Below are positions 59,161-64,000 of a DNA stretch of 64,000 nucleotides, in pieces. The stretch is from contig CM052817.1 in assembly GCA_028534125.1 (NCBI GenBank), forward strand, positions 27,654,001-27,718,000. Direction: 5' to 3'. The DNA comes from Lama glama. Taxonomy: Eukaryota. A program made the position numbers and the translations under genes. Within the stretch, counting starts at the first letter, position 1. Each line of letters opens with the position of its first letter. Under the pieces are notes generated by a model. That model made no database searches, was not told where the DNA came from, and saw only the letters and a list, made by a program, of their open reading frames with translations.

Positions 59161-61699
59161 GTAGCAGGTAGACCTCCGTGCAATTGAGGGAAAAACATGA
59201 CCTGATATCTCCTTTGGGGATGGTGACCCTCAGCAATGTCATTTGATATATATGTGTATGTGCTTGTAGGACCAAGATAGTATGAACGCTCTTGCTTCCA
59301 GCGTTGCCCAGACAGTTCCTCAGTGCATCTAGGACCACCAGGCCAGGGTTTCTGGAGGACACACAATTTCAGCAGTTGTTTGAATGAGGGAAGAGCCTCT
59401 GTGGTTTGGAGGAGGATCCCATGGGCTAGAGATGTCTTCAAATCTCGTCGTGGATTGTCCTGCCTTCTCCCAGCCACTCTTGGGAGCAAATCACCCCTCC
59501 CCTAGGGCAACTCCAAAACCAGCACACTCCCTCCCAGGTTTGGTTTTCAAGCCTTCAATCTTCATTCTCCACGTTCAGATTCTGGGTGCTTGGCTTCCTC
59601 AATGCCTGACCATCATCTTTCCTCTCTGAAGTTAGATTCCTTTCCAGAGCTTTCCTTTTACTCTTGGGAAGGTGACCTGTTTTCTTCTTCTGAGGGTTCA
59701 GGACCTTGGCCTCTCATTTGCCAGATCCCCCTTCCTTTGGAAGCCTCTCTCCTTGCAGATCAGCTTCTGTGTTTCTCCACCCTAGATAGTATCTCTCTCT
59801 CCTTCTGCCTCCTCAGATGGTGCTCCGCACCCCCCCTCCATTTATTAGAGATGAAATAAATAATGCCATAAATAAAAGTATTTGGGAGTCCAGGAACTGT
59901 CAGGGCTGATTAGGGCATAGAGGACATTTTCTTTCTCATTATGCAAAAGCATTTCATGGGGAAATAAAAGAGGTTTCATTGTAACTCATGCATGTCATAT
60001 TTCAAGGAATTCAAGATATTAATCATATTTAACATTATTTGCAACATTTCTCCCTGGCTTCTGAAAACTGCTAAATGAGGACACGTGGATCACTAAGAAA
60101 AAGAGAGACAAGCATGAGAGGGACAGTTAAGAAATAATGAAATGCTGGTGAAAGACAAGGAGAGAGAATGAGATGCCAGGGAGATGTTTCTTAGGCATGT
60201 AAGTGAGAAATGGGGTAGCTTCTTCTGAGACGTGAGACAGCTGAAATTGAATGATATAGTGGAGGAAATAAATGATAACAAACCTCCCCACACTTCTCCT
60301 TCTATAAAGCAGTTCTGAATTTTGCATTGAAATGTTTCCCTCCCACTTTCCTCCCAGATAATTTGCCAATAAGTCCTGGCTTTTGAAAAGAAATTGGGGG
60401 GTGGCAGTTTGTGTGTGTGTGTTGCGGGGGTTAGAGAGGAGAAATTCTTCAGTCCTACTGAAGAAGTAATTTCTTATACCTGGGAGCTTTCTCTTTTGCT
60501 TATGTATTTTTAATTTGTGTCATCCTCACCGTTTAAACACCGTATGAGACTGGGAACAGTAATTCTGTTGTTATATTTTACCAGCGAGAAGGACCTGCCA
60601 TCCTGTATGTCAAAAAGTGAATGTTTCTATAAAACTGAACGGTAAAATGAGTGGTTTAGCTAAGAAAATAAAAAGAGGTCCTAGAGGAAAAATGTTAGAA
60701 TTTTTTAAATGACCAGCTTTTAGATTCTCATGCTAGCAGTCACCTATGTCTGGGTTCATAGAAAAATGAAGTGCTCAATAATCACTCTTTAGAAAATAAA
60801 GCTGGCATTTACTCTTAAGTGTGGAGTTGAACTCAGTTTTTAAATTGTAACTGACCACTACTCCCTGCCTGGGGTTGTACTTAGCTAAGTATTGTACGTA
60901 AATGTAATGTATTGAAGTGTTTATAAAATCACTGGTAGCACTTCGTCAGCATCTTGCTGTAAATTATAGTCCAGATGATCAGATGGTGGCTTTTGTTGAT
61001 ATCTTCTCTTTAGGGTCTCATAGGGGCTGACAGGATGGTAATTACACCCATGCTTTAAATCTTTTTAGATATTTACTCTTATCTCCAAAAAAAAAAAAAA
61101 AAAAGGTAGTGAGCTTTTAAAAGCCTAGTGGCTATTTATGGACTGGGTGATTTTTTTGATTGGCAGCTTGTCAATTCCTTGAGCCATCCAGAATATAGCT
61201 TTTAAATAATAAGTCAGCCATGGGAAATGCTTTTTATTGCACCAATTTCAATGATATTTAATGAGCTTCTGATTGACTGTTTGATCTCCCAATGTTTTGT
61301 GCTACTTTTAATTCATTTCGTATAATAGGAAAAAAAAGTAATTGGAATAAAATTTTGTGACAAGATAATGACCTTCCACTTTGAAATTAAATGTCTGATT
61401 AGCTTCAACATTTTAATGCTGAGATGCTATTGCAGCAGGAACAGGGGTGTGCATACTATCATTCGGTGGAAAATGACTGAGGAATACTCCTTTGCTTTTC
61501 CTATTTGCATAGCAGAAAGGTCACGGTGGCTTCAGAATCATAAACTCGTAGTCCTAGAAGGGACCAAAGTGATCTTTTATTCTTGTGACTGAGCCTATGC
61601 CCATGGCTTTTCTAGGACCCTGCCAAGTGGTTGTACAAATGATGCTTAAATACCACCTTCAGTCATGGGGACCTCGCTGCTTCTGGAAGCATTGTTCAC

Positions 61700-61971
61700 C
61701 CAGGGATTTATTCAACAAGTATTTATTGAGTGCCTACTGTGTGCTAGGGACCTTTCTAAACACTGGAGGATATAGTGAAGGCAAATTCCAGGATCCTACT
61801 AATATAGATTTGGGGTGGGTAGATAATAAACAAATGAACCAGGAACTAACAGAACAATATTAGTATATTTATATAACAAACACAGATTTATAAAATATGT
61901 GATAAATATAGTATGCTTATGTAATAAACATGCTATAATATTTAAAATGATAATATAAAACATAATAATGC

Positions 61972-62002
<31 letters not shown>

Positions 62003-62400
62003 TCAGATAGAAATAATTATGATGGAAAAAATGGAGTGGAAATGTTACTTTTGATAGAGTGATTGAGAAGACCTCTCTGACGTGGAACAATTGAGCTGAG
62101 AGGTTGTTTGTGAAAAAGAGCAGTGGTTGACAAGAGCAGTCCGGGCCGAGGGACAACAGGCGTAGAAGCCATAAGGTGGGAACAAGCTTGATGTTCTCAG
62201 GGAGCTGAAGGACGGGCGGGCAGTCGGAGAGTCCTGGCAAGAGGCAGAGTGAGGAGATGAGGCCGGAGAGGCAGGCGGGGCCCTGGCTGGGCAGGGCCTT
62301 GTCCATCTGGGGAAACGTTTGAGCTTCATCCTAAAAGCAGTGGGAAGCTTGGAGGCAGTTAAGCTGGTGAGTGACATGACCAGATTTATGTTCTTAAAAG
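61700..62400. mobile_element. L2 LINE 3' end, with an AT-rich insert and microsatellite
   Basis: ttattcaacaagtatttattgagtgcctactgtgtgctaggg...gtgacatgaccagatttatgtt. Confidence 0.75.
61972..62002. repeat. (TAT)~10 microsatellite
   Basis: tattattattattattattattattattat. Confidence 0.9.
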
Positions 62401-62704
62401 AAAATTTTCACAAAAGGTAAAATCATGATTCCCATACATAAAAATGAACAGATGTTAAAGATTTTATTTAATTTGCTCAGTGTCAGATGACAATTTGGCG
62501 TGGGATAACGGAATATTGAATTGAATGTGTAAATGGTTTTTTCGTGTGTAAGCTGGTTTTCCCGTGGCAGGTGTGTGTGAGAGCGGGAAGGAAACCTCTA
62601 CCAGGCAGGATGGTTTGCACATCTATCTGTTCAGATAATCGAGGAGGGTGTGCTGTATGTAGACAAGGCATAGTTTTCCAGTGAAACACAATTTCTTTCC
62701 TACA

Positions 62705-63150
62705 GTGCTTTAAAAAAAAACTTTTTATTTTGAATGAGTTACAGGTTCTAAACTTATTATTTTGAAATACGGACTTGTAGGAAGTTGCAAAGATCGTGCA
62801 GAGAGGTCCCAGGTACCCTTCACCCATTTCCTCCCATGGGCACATTTCATGTAACTATAGTTATGTAAGTGGAATCATGCAATATGTGGTCTTTTGAGGT
62901 TTTTCCACTTAAACTTAATGCCCTTGAAATCCATCCATGTTGTTGTATCAATAGTTTGGTCCTTTTCATTGTTGAGTAGTATTCCACAGTGGATATCCCA
63001 CTGTTCAACCATTCACATGTTGTAGAACATTTTGGTTGCTTCAAGTTTGGGACTATTGCAAAAAAGGTGCTCTGAATAGCCAGGGACAGGTTTTTGTGTG
63101 GATGTAAGTTTTATTTCTCTGGGAGTAAATGTCCAGGAGTCTATTCCTGG
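62705..63150 (-). mobile_element. Old L1M 3' end fragments
   Basis: aagtggaatcatgcaatatgtggtctttt...gtagtattccac...ttttatttctctgggagtaaatgtccaggagt; peptide KQPKCSTTCEWLNSG resembles the L1 ORF2 C-terminus. Confidence 0.75.
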
Positions 63151-63229
63151 GTCCTTCTGTAATATTTTACAAGATTCATTCTGCTTGGTGGACAATAGAC
63201 TGCAGAGGTTCAGACTAGCAGCAGGGAGA

Positions 63230-63685
63230 TTGTTTTTAAACAGTGTCCGAGTAACCCTTTCCCAATACAGTCGTGTCTCTCTGCTGCCCTCCATTGTCTT
63301 CCTCTTCATTAGAGTACAATTCAAAGCCATGTAGTTGCCTACTTAAGGCCCCTCGGAATCTACAATTACCCCTTGCCTCTGGGACCTCATTCCTTCCGTT
63401 CCCTTCCTCACTCCACTCCTGCCTCGTTGGCCCTGAACAGGCCCCAAATGTCCTGCCTCAGGATTCTTACTCTCAAGTTTCCTTCTACTTAAAATGTTCT
63501 TTCTGCAGATGCCTACATTACTCCCTACCTTATCTCTTCCCAGTCTTTGCTCTAGTATTGCTCTTTCAGTGAGGCCTTCACTAATCACCCTATTTACAAT
63601 TGCAACCCAGCCTCCCCTCCCCCATACTCCTTATCTCCCTTTCTATCCAGCGCCTATCACCGTCTGCCATGCTATATACTGTACA
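63230..63685. mobile_element. L2 LINE fragment
   Basis: cttcctcactccactcctgcctc...ctttcagtgaggccttcactaatcacccta. Confidence 0.55.
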
Positions 63686-63690
63686 TTGTA

Positions 63691-63787
63691 CAGTCAGCCC
63701 TCCAGATCCTTGGGTTCCGCATTTGCAATTTTAACCAACCAAGGATTGAATTTTGAAATTCGATCTTCTGATATCAAGGGCTGACTG
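63691..63787. mobile_element. TcMar-Tigger-derived MITE (MER2/Tigger3-like)
   Basis: TA-cagtcagccct ... agggctgactg-TA perfect 11-bp inverted repeats flanked by TA; internal gggttccgcatttgcaattttaaccaacc. Confidence 0.75.
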
Positions 63788-63793
63788 TATTAT

Positions 63794-64000
63794 GCCATTC
63801 TGTGTAGTGACTTAAGCAGCCATTTTATGTAGGGTCCTGAGCAGCCGTTTTGTATAGGGTCTTGAACAGCCATTCTGTGTGGGGGCACTTGAGCAGCCAT
63901 TTTGTGTAAGGTCCTGAGCAGCCATTTTGTGTGAGGGTCCTGAGTAGCCATGTTGTGGAGGGTCTTGAGCAGCCATTTTCTGTGGGAGTCTTGAGCAGCC
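63794..64000. repeat. Minisatellite, 25-27-bp unit, at least 8 copies, runs off the window end
   Basis: Consensus GCCATTTTGTGTAGGGTCYTGAGCA; unit lengths 25,25,25,27,25,26,25,26. Confidence 0.95.

Noticed and set aside
63794..64000. Regularly spaced ~25-bp repeats as a CRISPR-like array
   Set aside because: Units are head-to-tail with no unique spacers, there are no cas genes, and the context is mammalian; it is a minisatellite.

Overview
Mammalian genomic DNA, not prokaryotic. Four tRNA-derived SINEs and a young L1 tail suggest a camelid (alpaca/camel-like); that is an inference. The window holds two convergent genes. On the + strand is the last coding exon and 3' UTR of SLC30A9/ZnT9 (5209-5253, KRNPEVRHVDLEIL*). 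On the - strand is the complete coding sequence of BEND4: five coding exons (58208-57728, 50634-50068, 43107-43016, 38407-38167, 34584-34367), 1599 nt, 532 aa, all GT-AG and phase-consistent, with a CpG island at its 5' end and a probable ~6.2 kb 3' UTR. The rest is intron and intergenic DNA with old interspersed repeats (Charlie1, Tigger1, MER5A, MER21, MLT1, LTR33, L1, L2, MIR; family names from recall, boundaries approximate) and three N gaps. I found no new multi-gene system. The best leads are an out-of-frame upstream-AUG ORF of ~236 aa overlapping BEND4, a ~25-bp minisatellite carrying YY1-type GCCATnTT motifs ~5 kb upstream of BEND4 beside a Tigger MITE, and a 46-bp-arm inverted repeat at 18052-18154.
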